From Mobula hypostoma (lineage: Eukaryota), in assembly GCF_963921235.1 (NCBI RefSeq), contig NC_086097.1:74464001-74528000 (forward strand): a stretch of DNA of 64,000 nucleotides. Direction: 5' to 3'. Under the pieces are notes generated by a model, which saw only the letters and a list, made by a program, of their open reading frames with translations, was not told the origin of the DNA and searched no databases. The number at the start of each line of letters is the position of its first letter. Within the stretch, counting starts at the first letter, position 1. Shown here one piece after another: positions 24,751 through 36,469 of the stretch. The translations under genes were made by a program, and so were the position numbers.

Positions 24751-26456
24751 CGGAGCAGTATGTTGAAAATGTAATTCACAGTTCACAATGATCTTCTAAA
24801 AGATGAATTGTATTCCTTCAGTCAGCAAGCAGTATTTTTATATTTATTCATGAAGCCTTTTCTGATTCTAATTAAGATTTAAAAATCAACTGGAGAACTG
24901 ATGAAGGATTTATAAAGACAATTAATGATCATTTTGATTCAGGATTAATATAATAGCAGCAAAGTATACAGTCCATATGAAAAAAAAACAAGGTACTAAA
25001 TGAAACAATTTAAATTCAGTTAGCTTGTTCTGCCCTTCCAAATGCTGCACATCAGGCAGTTTCTGAAGAATAGCTGCTGAATGGCAGGTTTGTTTTGTGC
25101 TCCACTCTGTGTAGCTTAATTATAAGCAACACGGAATTATGAATTAAAACACTTAATGCATCTGAAAAATTTTACAGTGGAAATGTAACTAAAATAATCC
25201 ACATTTATTCAAGATACCCAAGGGAATTTTAAAAATTTTCCACTAGGTCAGATCTTTACTGATCTCTCCACACATGATAGAGATTCTTGGCTGAGTTTTA
25301 GATATGCATTAAGCTTTTGTAATCCTGCTTCAGGCAGTAGCAGTAAAGTTAAACAATCACTGATTGACTTTTATTAGCTCTGATTTTTCAGCCTGATAGG
25401 CTCAGGAACGCAGCTTGACAGACAGATTTTTGTCACATGTCCAAGTTACAGACTTTGTAGATGGCAAACTGGCAGGGGACTGGAGTTATCCTGTTGGGCA
25501 TTTGCTTGTGTGTTTTCATAATATTTGTTGTTTATGTAATGGCATCCAGCTAACTTGAAAGATCCTGAATGGAAAAAAGATACCCATTTGCATGACTGTT
25601 TAAATTTATTTGGGACAGTTTTTTTTTCAACAGCTGACAGAAATTATTTGAATGGCAAAATTACAAATAAAACATTCAATGCAATGTCAGTCATCAGAGG
25701 CACTCACGAAACACACTAAAGTGTGTCCTCTAAATATTGCATAAGGATCATGATTTGAACCATGGATGTAGTCTCTATGCACTCTATCCCCCTTCAACAA
25801 GGGTTTAGAGCTCACTGCTTCTTTCTCGACAATAGACTCGACCAGTCCCCCTCCATCACTACCTTCCTCCATCTGATGGAACTGGTCCTCATCTTCTACA
25901 ATTTCTCTTTCAGCTCATCCCACTTCCTCCAAACTCAAGCTGTAAACATGGCACCCGCATGGTCCCCTGCCTTTTTGTTGGCTATATGGAATAGTCCATA
26001 TTCCAAGCATCCCTGACTCTTTCTGTGCTGCATTGATGATTGCCTTGGTGCTGGTTCAAGCACCCTGCCCTTAAATTCAGGTGATTCATATCAGACACAT
26101 CTCTCCCCTTTGTAGATCTCTCTGTCTCCATCTCTGGAGACAAACTGTCCACTGATACCTTTTATAAACTTACTGATTACCATGACTATCTTAACTATAC
26201 CTCTCCCCACCCTGTCTCCTGCAAAAATGCCATTCTCTTTTCTCAATTCCTACCCGACACTAATTGGGGAACCGTTTTGTCAAGCATGCTACCATCAAGG
26301 AGGTGGTACAGAAGCCTGAAGTCACATGGTCAATGTTTCAGGAACAGCTTCTACCCCTCTGCTGTCAGACTTCTGAATGGACAATGAACCTATGGACTCT
26401 ACCTCACGATTTTCCCTCTCTCTTTGCACTACTTATTTGATAAATGTTTATATATA

Positions 26457-27370
26457 TGTAACCCTCAGGCATCTTGGGCATCTCATACTTGGACCACATC
26501 ACAAACGAGCAGATCCTCAAGATCATCCAGCACCACACTGGCCCCCATGAAGACCTTCTCACAACAGTGAAGGAAAGAAAGCTGAGATGGTACAGCCATG
26601 TAACAAAATCCAGTGGCCTTGCAAAGACCGTTCCACAAGGAACTGTGGAGGGGAGAAGAAGGAGAGGTAGACAGAGGAAAAGATGGATGGACAACATTAG
26701 AGAATGGACAGGGAAAACATTTGCGGTGACCCAGGCTCTGGCGCACAACCGCGACAGATGCAACAGACTGGTGCAAAGCTTGTCATGATGGCGCCCCGAC
26801 GAATCCACCAGGAGTTAAGGGTGCAAGGAAGGAAGGAACCCTCAGGCTCGGCCAGCACGTGTTCATCTAGGGGAAGACATCTTCTGGCCCCGCCAAACTG
26901 AGAAATCTCGTTTGTGCGGATGCTGCATGATGTGTTGCCCAGTTACAAATCCGTACTGCAAGATATCAGATGGTACACCATATACAATTAACTGATTGAA
27001 CTTTATAAGTTAGTAAAAAAAAAGAAAGAAAAAGGGCCCATTTTAAAGAAAAAGTCAAACGTGCACTTTGGAGCTCACTGATACAGCCATTCATCAACCA
27101 CCGACCTCCTCCAAACGTCATTGACCTTCGAACCCTCGCTCCCAGTCCACTCCGTCTGGTGGTCTACCAGCTCTCTCCACACACGTCTTCCTTCTTCTTC
27201 TCTCCCCGAAAAAAGACCATGAAAATCTCCCTTCCAGACTCACAAGAAAGAACATTTCTCTCATTGGATAGTCCCCACTTTCCAAAGCCCCGTTTTCTCT
27301 AGTCATAACCCAAACATTGCTGCTGCAGAAAAACCATTTCATTAGCAGTGAAACCTGATAGCCTGTTACA
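26457..27370. mobile_element. Solo LTR with 4-bp TATA TSD
   Basis: tgtaac...gttaca inverted termini; tata at 26453-26456 and 27371-27374. Confidence 0.75.
26471..26836 (+). mobile_element. Young 5'-truncated RTE-clade LINE with 11-bp TSD
   Basis: Open frame ILGISYLDHITNEQIL...KERKLRWYSHVTKSSGLAKTVPQGTVEGRRRRGRQRKRWMDNI; (GGAA)n tail; TSD aaccctcaggc at 26460-26470 and 26837-26847. Confidence 0.92.
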
Positions 27371-27920
27371 TATACTTCTTATTGAAACTGATGGTTTTTA
27401 CTATTATGTATTGCAATGTACTGCTGCCACAAAACAACAAATTTCACGACATATACCAGTGATATTAATTTTGGTTATGATTTTGATTCTGGTTTTGTCA
27501 ATCCATGGCCTTCTCTTCTGCCACAATGAAGCCACTCTCAGGTGAGAGGAGCAACACCTTATATTGCGTCTAGGTAGTCTTCAACTTGATAGTATGAATA
27601 TTGATTTCTCCAACAGAGTTATTTTTCCCTTCCCCCCCTTCCCTTTTTTTCATTTCCCCAGTCAGGCTCTTGCCTCCTTTCCTCAGCTGCCTATCACTTC
27701 ACCCTGGTGCCCCTCCTCCTTCCCTTTCTCTCTTGGTCCGCTCTCCTGTCCTGTCAGATTGCTTCTTCTCCAACCCTTTACTTTTTCCACCTATCACCTC
27801 CCAGCTTCTTATTTTATTGCCTCCCTCACCTACTGAGCTTCACCAATCACCTTCTCGTTTAGCCTCCATCCCCTTCCCCCCCCCCCCAACTTCTTATTCT
27901 GACATCTTCCCCTTTCTTGT

Positions 27921-27958
27921 CAGTCCTGGTGATGGGTCTTGGCCCGAAACATCGACTG
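27921..27958 (+). ncRNA. Degenerate minimal type-I hammerhead ribozyme motif in Penelope terminal repeat
   Basis: CAGUC-CUGGUGA-U-GGGU(CUUG)GCCC-GAAAC-AUC-GACUG: stem I CAGUC/GACUG, stem II and GAAA present; core CUGAUGA mutated to CUGGUGA. Confidence 0.6.
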
Positions 27959-28869
27959 TTTATTCATCCCCATAGATGCTGCCTAGCCTGCTGAGTTTCA
28001 CCAGTATTTTGTGTGTGTTGCTTCAGATTTCCGGTATCTGAAGAATCTCTTGTGTTTTCAAAGTGTGCCCTTTGCAACTTACCTACAATTCTGCTTTTGG
28101 TAGTGTTAATGAAGACTACTGGATGAGGACAGAGCTAACTGTTGGTGGAATAAATTGGAGAGATTGTATCGCAAAATCACTTTGTAAATTGGTGCCACAT
28201 AAACGTATCTACCAACTGAAGTCAGCATAAACTTCTTTTCAGAAAAATGGTTGCCGGGCACCAATACCATTGCCCAGAATCTGGGCCACATAATGTCCAT
28301 GCTCCAATTCTTAAGCAATTAATTCTTGATATTTTGTGACTAAATCATGAAATTATTAATCATTAAGAACAGTTATTTGTAAAATTTGATGGCACCTGCC
28401 CAGATATGCAACATGTGGTGTCATTCTAATGATCTGTCTCCATATTGTGGTGGTCGGTCACCGTATCCTGCAAAGTAGAAGGGAAGTTAAGGACAAAGTG
28501 CTGCAATGACATGGTTGGCAATGAACGGAGTGATGCACGTATTTAATTGTGTGTGTTGCTGAGAGGGTTAGGCAAAGAGGAGCCAAAGAGGTTAAAAAGG
28601 TCTTTGAAACATATTTGGATTCAGGGGTGGTCCCTGAAGTTTCAAAAATTGCATATCATACATCTTGCTGAAAAAGAGTGCAGCTATAAATCAAATTATT
28701 ACAACCCAATCAATCTAACCTTGATGATAGGACAAGTTGAAGAAACAATAATCATGGAAGGAATTAGCAGGCATGAAAAGTGTAGATTAATAGGAGAAAG
28801 CCAGCATGGATTTATTGATGGCATAACATAGAGGACTGATGACAGACAAATGAAAAGTAACAACAAATT

Positions 28870-30960
28870 ACAAAGTATTCATTAAGGACCTCTCCTCCAA
28901 CTCCAGGCACATTCTTCAGCTCCTTCCTGGCTACCTTGTAACTCTCTAGAGCCCTGTCTGATCCATGCTTCCAAAGTTTTAAGTAAGCTTCCTTCTTCCT
29001 GTTGACCAGATGTTCCACATCTTTTGGCAACTGTGGTTCCTTCACCCTCTTTCCCTGCCTCTATGGGACAAACACAGCCAGAACACCATGCAAGTGTTCC
29101 CCAAACAAGCTCTGCATTTCCATTGTGCACTTCCTTCAGCATATTCCATTCCCAACCTACACTCACAAGTTCCTGCCTAATAGCATCATAAATCCTCCTC
29201 CACCAATTTCCCATACTATCTGCTCCTATCCTTGTCCAAGGCTATCATAAATGTCAGGGAGTTGTGGTCACTGTCTCCCCCCACCCACCGAGGATCTGGC
29301 ACCTGACCTGGTTCATCATCTAGCACCAGATCCAGTATAGCCTCTCATCTAGTTGGCCTGTCCATATACTGTATCGGGAACCCCTCCTGAACTCACCTAA
29401 CAAATTCCAACCTATCTAAAACATTTTCACTAAGGATGAGCAAATCAATTTTGAATCCACCCATGATAATAACCCTGTTATTTCTGCATCTTTCTAAAAT
29501 CTGCTTCCCAATCTGTTCCCCAGAATCTCTGTTGCTATTGGGAGGGGGGTCTATAGAATACACGCAATAAACTGTTCCCTTCGTGTGCCTGACTTCCAAC
29601 ACTGACATAGTAGACAATCCCTCTATGACGTCCTCCCTTTCTGTAGCTGTGACACAATCCCTGATTAAAAATACCACTCCCCCAGCTCTTTCGCTGTCCA
29701 CCTATTTTACTCCCCCACTGTCCTTTTGAAACATCCAGAATATTCAACAGCCATTCCTGCCCTTGTGACAGCCAAGTCTTCGTAATGGCCACAGCATTGT
29801 AGTTTTGTGTACTAAGCTATGACATATGTTCTTCACCCTTATTCATAATACTTCTTGCATTAAAATAGATACACTTCAAGTCATCCCACTGACTGCGAAG
29901 TTGCCCTATTAACTGCCTATCCTGCCTAACAGTTTCTCAACACACTGCATCTATCTTTAAACCAACTGCCCCATTCTCTGCCCTATCTGGTTCCCATCCC
30001 CTGCAAAGCTAGTTTAAACTCTCCCCAACAGCTCTAGCAGACCTACCCAAAAGGATATCAGTCCCCCTCAAGTTCGGATGTAACCTTTCCGTTTTGTACA
30101 GGTCATCCATACCCCTAAAGCAATCCCAATGATCCTGGAATCTGAAACCCTGCCCCTGCACCAATTCATCAATTCATCTGCCAAATCATCCTATACCTAC
30201 CCTCAATGACGTAAGGCCCAGGCAGCAATCCAGAGATTACTACCCTTGACGTCCTACTTTTCAGCTTCCTATCTAACTGTTATATTATCGCTCATGGACT
30301 TCACTTTTCTTAAATATGTTTTAAGTACCAATGTGTATCATGTCTTCCTTTAGAATGCTGTAGACCCAACCAGATGTGTCTCTGACCCTGGTACCGAGAA
30401 GACAGCACACCATCCAATAGAATGCCATAGAATCATCTGCTCCTCTAATATTGATTCCCCTATCACCTTTCTTCTTTTGTTCCTTCAACTTTTCTCCCCC
30501 CTTCCTTTCTCAGCCACAGAGCCAGTCTCAGTGCCAGAAACTTGGTCACAGTGGCTTTCCCCGGCAGGTTGTACTTCCAAATAATATCCAAAGTGGTATA
30601 ATTGTCATTGAGGAGAAAGGACACAGGGGTATTCTGCACTGTCTGTCTGTTTACTTTCCCTCTCCTGACACTCACCTGCCTCCTGCCACTTAGGGGTGAT
30701 TACAGCCCTGTAGCTCATATTTATCACTTCCTCATTCTCCCGTACAAGATGAAGTTAATCTAGCTGCACCTCCAGTTCCCTAACATAGTTTAGAAGGACT
30801 GCTACTGGATGCACTTCATGCAGATGTAGTTATCAGGGAGCCTGAAGGTATCTCAGAACTCCCACATCTGACATGAAGGACATACCACTGACCCCGGCCC
30901 CATTCTCACCACACTAGCTAGAAAGAAAGAAGGAAACATATCTTAGGCGCTGCCTCTCCT
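28870..30960 (-). mobile_element. Old, deleted CR1 LINE including ORF1 (zinc finger and esterase remnants) and APE remnants
   Basis: Minus strand CPSCQMWE...NYICMKC (~30810-30885), AITKTWLSQGQEW, FYRPP, IIMGGF; ORF1/ORF2 junction TTTAAAC-TAG at 30018-30009. Confidence 0.8.
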
Positions 30961-32489
30961 CATTGAAATTTTTGAGCCAAACCCTCAAGGCAATCTAACA
31001 CTGTTCCACTCCCAGAATGGACACCCGCTTAAACCTAAACCTCATTTCATTGAACCTTGACAAGTGCCTGATTATCCAACCATCTCAAGGCTGCTGAATA
31101 TCGCGACTAGCCCACTTCCTTTCTTTTGCAAAACTTGCATTCAAAATCCATCAGCCTCCAACTCCGCTAATCAGAATAGCACCAAATTACCCGACTGGTC
31201 CAGCTCACATTTTCAAAACACACGCTCAAAATCTGCAAGCCAACAGCTCTGCCAATTGCAAGACTGCTGAATCATCTTCCTACATTTGAAGCATGAACCT
31301 TCCCCACACGCTGTGTACTTGCCTGTTAGTATGTAATTCCTTCTTCCATTGTTTGCAGAGTTAGTGATAGTTGGTGATAGTTACTGCTAAGCATTTCCAA
31401 ACCTATTTGCTTTATCATCCCAGAGTTTCCCAAAAGCCTTGTATTTGTATCCTTCCTTGGCCTCACCTACTCTTTTGTCTACAGTCCCCTCCGGACAACA
31501 GCTCTCTGAGATCCAGCTGTGATATCCTGAACATTCCTAAAGTCATCACCTTCTGCTGAAGGTCTTGTGTTCAGCTGCTGGCTTGTGACCTCTCCCCTTT
31601 CATTTACAGAACAAATGCTAGATATTGCCACCACCGTAACTCAAAAACACAAAATCACTTTTCCTTATCTGACATGTTGTCAAATCTTGTTTGAAATCTC
31701 TCCTGCAGGACCTTGGAATATTTTACTTTGTTACAAATAGGATTGCTGGATATTTAGAATTCATTCATTCAACTTCATCTTACTTACACCTGTTAAGTTT
31801 TTGTTGTATTCTTCACCTGGGATTATGTTTCCTGCATGGGTAAGTATGGCATTCATTTGTGCTGACCTTGAGCATGGATTGGACTGATGGAAAATGTGCC
31901 ACGAATTTTCTAAGCCTTCAACACTGAATAGATAATCAATGAGTTGTATGGAATGGAGAGTCAATATAACCACAACTGCCAAGTCACATATGAATGACCA
32001 AGATTTTCATTTCAAAGGAAATGCATTTTGTTCAATTGCTCATTGCAACTCAAGAGTAAGTTAAATTATTAATTTGTTAATGATGCCAACAAGGAGAACT
32101 GTGCTAAATAGGAAGAAAAAACACAAAACAATTCAAAATCAATTTGGCTGATATAAGCAATTACAGCTATCTCATTAACATTCAATATCAAGTCCAATTT
32201 GATTTATTTAAAATTATTCTTTTTCAATGAAGATGAAATCTTATCCTAACTGTCTATGCTGCTGAGTCAGTATGTTCCATTTGTGCATGGGATCATCAGT
32301 CTTTTCTGTACTAATTCGAGTGGAGCATGCTTCCAAGATGACTGGCAAAAAAAAAGATTCCTGGAAAAAATGTGCTGGTCTGATAATTTGCCAAACAAGA
32401 TCAAAATAGAGCAAAAGGAACTGAATCTGAAGTAAAAATACATAAGAGTGCAAGTATTCAGCATACCATGCAGCGTCTGTGGAGACAGA

Positions 32490-33008
32490 CACAAGAGATT
32501 ATGCAGATGCTGGAAATCCTGAGCAACACACACAAAATGCTGGAGGAACTCAGCAAGTCAGTCAGTATCTGAAATAGTATTAGACAGTCAGTGTTTCAGG
32601 CCCAGACTCTTCAACAGGTCTGAGAAGTAAGAGGGCAGAAGCCAGAATAAGAAGATGGAGGAGGTGGTGGGGGGAGGAGAACAAGCTGGCAGGTGGTGGG
32701 TGAGGGGAAGGTTGGTGGGTGGGGGAGGAGGTTGAAATAAGAAGCTGAGAGATGATAGAAAGAGGTGAAGGACTGAAGAAGAATGAATCTGGTAGGAGAG
32801 GGCAGCTGTCCACGAAATAAAGGAAAGAAAGTGAAAGACCAGAGGAAGGTGATAGGCAGGTGAGGATAAGAGAAGGAGTGAGAGGGGAATCAGAAAGGGG
32901 AATGAAAAAATAGAGAAGGGGGCAGGGAGGAGTAATTACCAGAAGTTAGGGAAATCAATGTTCACACCATCAGGTTGGAGGCTACCCAGACGGATTATGA
33001 GGTGTTGA
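32490..33008 (-). mobile_element. Penelope-like 3' end and terminal repeat
   Basis: Reverse-complement homologue of 27.5-28.05 kb (gcagatgctggaaatcc..., caggttggaggctacccagac). Confidence 0.8.
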
Positions 33009-34494
33009 TAGAAATATGGAGATAGAAATAGCTTTTCACACTAATGACCTTTCATCATAAACAGTGAACATTAAGCAAGTTTTAAGTTACAGATAAAGTT
33101 CTGGGGATGAGGAGGAAAGAAATAACAGTGAGTGATTTTCAGGAGGTGAAATTAAGAGGCTTTAACCACAAAAAGGTCAACTTACGACAGTGCTTTGCCA
33201 ACAGTAAAAGCTTTTCTTGATTTTAATAATTATTACAGGTTAAGATGTTCAGAAACATTTAAGCACTATTAAAATTAAATGAGCAAATTAAAAATTATTA
33301 AAATATTTTTATTGAATAACACAGAATACACAGATTACCTATAAAATTTTAAACATTAAATTAAAGCATAATAATCTTGGAAGAGCAATACTTTCTCTTT
33401 TATCATCTTATTCAGAGGCCTGCAAACCCCAATTGAATTATTTGGATCTTTTAGCCTTCACTGGTCCAGGATGCAAGAAGCAATTTCCCAACCCAGATTT
33501 CCACATTTGTAACAAATATATAGTTATACTGGACTTAAAGCTCTGTATAACCATATATTGGTGATAAGAAAGGAAACTGCCGTAAAAAAAAAAATTGCAG
33601 CACACTTCAGCCTGATTGAGATTAGTACATAAGAAAGTAGGAGCTGGGGAAGACTACTTGGTTCCTCAATTTTGTCCAACTATTCAGTATGAACATGCTT
33701 ATCTACCCCAGGTCTCAACTTCTTTACTACTTCCCATTGTTCTCAATTTCCTAATCACCACCTTCTAGTATCATGAATTGATTCTGGTAGGTGCCCAGGG
33801 AAGAGTTAAGCTTCACTGGAAGCATGGCCAGGCTCAGTGCAAAAAAACTGGGCGGAGAAATAGATTAATCTATCTGGAAGCTCAATATCACAATTGAAGT
33901 TTTTTTTTAAACAGAGATACTTTGAAACCAGTAATACAATCTACATTTGATCTTTGTAGAGAGGACATTAAATGTGATTTCATGCAGAGTCAGAACTGCA
34001 ATTGTTTTCCTAGGGAGTGTCCATCAGCAACTGCATCATACAGTTTGAGTTAATATTATTGTCTATACTTTTTTTTACACCTTTGTGTTAAACCATGCGA
34101 TTGAAAAACTGCAGTCTCACAAACATAGCTATCTATGCCTAAATGCATGCGTGGAAGTATTTTCATTTCTGCAGTAATCATACAGACCGGATTCAGGCCC
34201 AGGTGTTCATCTTTCACAGGATGCTGTTGTATGCAAGCCAGATGGCACTGTAACAAGACACGATATCTGAATCATCAAACCAGCATAAACTTTGAAATAT
34301 CAGACAATGGCACTGACTCATAATTACCTTCCTCTCTGAATCTGCCATTTGCCATGAATTCTCAATAGGTCCCAATTAAACTTGCCTTGAATTCTCCCCC
34401 AATGTCTCTGATCTAGTTTCCTTTTGCTTGCCCTAATTCTGCCTTTGTTTCCCTTCATGGGTTTGCCTTGATTTTCTTTACTATGTTGTATAAC

Positions 34495-35220
34495 AAGAAC
34501 ATAGAAACATTAAAATTAGGAGCAGTAGACTATTCACTCCTTTGAATAGTCAGCTCCCCCTTTCAATGATTATGGCTGGCTGGTTATCCAAATTCAGTAA
34601 CCTGTTCCTTCTTTCTTCCTTTTGCATTTGATCATTGTGATTTCCAACTACTTTATGAACACAAGTAATGATTTGCCTTCGGTTTCTTTTTGTAGTAAAG
34701 AATTCCACAGTCTCACCACTCTTTGAATGAAAAAGTTACTTCACATCTCATTCCAAAATGGCCTTCCTTGTATCCCAATGTTGCAATTTCTGGTTCTAAA
34801 GTCACCATCAGTGGACGCATTTCTCCAGTCTAACATCTTGTTCTCTCTCGTTTTTTCAAATACGAGATTTACGTACTTCCACCACCTCCCTGATATTCTG
34901 ATTTCCCTTAATCCTTCCCTTTCACTAGTTACCCATTCCCTAACAGTTTTAGGATGCTACTGGTGATCTCTTTTTTTGAAGACAAACCCAAAGTTGTTGT
35001 TCCATTAGTCCACCATTTCTTTGTTCCCAATTATAAATTGTCTTTTTCTGACTGTAGGAACCCATATTTGTCTTCACCAACCTTTTTCTCTTTACACTAT
35101 TATTGGAAATTTTATGGTTAAGTTTCATGTTCCCTACATGTTTATTTTAGACTCCATTTCCCTCCTTCTTAATTAATCTCTTGCTCTTATTTTGTCATCT
35201 TCTAAACTGATCTAGTTCTA
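34495..35220 (-). mobile_element. Degraded CR1 fragments
   Basis: aacatagaaac tail, gaattccacag...caccactct, gaagacaaacccaaag similar to the intact CR1. Confidence 0.6.
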
Positions 35221-36469
35221 AGGTTGGGCCAATTCACACAATTTCATTTCTTCATCTATGTGCTCCTCAAATGTTTGCCATTGCCATAGTCCCAGAGCTA
35301 ATGCTCCTTAATCTACTACAGCTAGATGTTGCCTCCCAACACCGCAGTTAAGATTCAAGACCTTAGTCTCAAAATTCAATATATTACCAACTGTCTGAAT
35401 GAAGATTTATATCATATTATACTGGCTTCTACTGATCAACTGTTTCTCATAATGCAAAACACAGTCTCAGATGGCCTTCTCTCTCGATTGCTCCTCTATA
35501 TTTGGGTTCAGAAACCAACGCTTATACACTCTAGGAATTCCTCCTCCATAGTATTACTACTAATTTGACTATGCCAATCTGGTGTGTAGATTAGTAACAG
35601 CCTTCAGTGGATGTTGAAGAGGTAGGGCATGTAAAATGGGGTGAAGAGTACATCAATAAATCTCCTGAAGAAACATCAGTACTACTTCCTTCCTGTCATC
35701 CTGCAAAAGCAACTGACAACTGCGTTTTGCATCTTTAAGCATGGTACACTATGTTTCCTCTCTACATATGAGTTTATTCATATGGTGCTCCTGTTGAACA
35801 GAGCAGTCATTAGGCACATCTATTTTGCAATAATACTACACCATTACATTCTTTAAAACAACACTCTGGAGGCTGAAGGAGAAGGCATTATCCTGAGAAC
35901 CTTAAATAATGTAATACACAAATTTTTAAAAATTCCTGGATGGAAATGAATAGTAAATCTCACACCACATAAAACAAAAGACATCTTGCACCAAGATGTG
36001 CACAACTAGAAGCTCAATTTGATCCGAAGAAATAAGAAACAATTGAAAAGGTTTAAATCTGGAACAAAGAGAATCAAGCAGATGTAAGGCAAGAAATGAG
36101 CACATTGCTTCATTAAAAGCTTTATTCTTGCTTTGCAACTTCTGTGCCTTTCTGGATCATGCCTTACCCAAAAGGATTATATGATTAATAAATTTAATTG
36201 AAGTTTTAGGACATAAACCCATTCAGTTAGACCTGCATGTCTAGTTTCTGTGTTGGTGGAAAAGGCATTGGAGAAGCCTAGAATTTCATTCATCACAAGC
36301 TATTGGTATGGCCACAGACCGAAGTCAGAGAACCATAATGAAGACCAAGCTCAAACACCTGCTAGCAAAGGCAGCCATCATTGCAATAGCCATCATTTAC
36401 TTGATAGATTAACAAGAAAAACACTTAGTTGCCAAGACACATTTTGACATTCTGCATATGTCCATGAAA

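Larger units (their letters stand above)
26290..27492 (+). mobile_element. Rex1-type LINE 3' end, split by a solo LTR
   Basis: ctaccatcaaggaggtggtacagaagcctgaag...ttcaggaacagcttctaccc; resumes at 27371 and ends ...caaatttcacgacatataccagtgatattaa...gattctg. Confidence 0.75.
25755..28058 (+). mobile_element. Internally deleted Penelope-like element (RT remnant, GIY-YIG end, terminal repeat) hosting nested insertions
   Basis: MDVVSMHSIP...MELVLIFYNFSFSSSHFLQTQAVNM (PLE RT); HGLLFCHNEATLR/RLGSLQLDSMNIDFSN at ~27.5 kb; pyrimidine-rich spacer and terminal repeat to ~28058. Confidence 0.8.
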
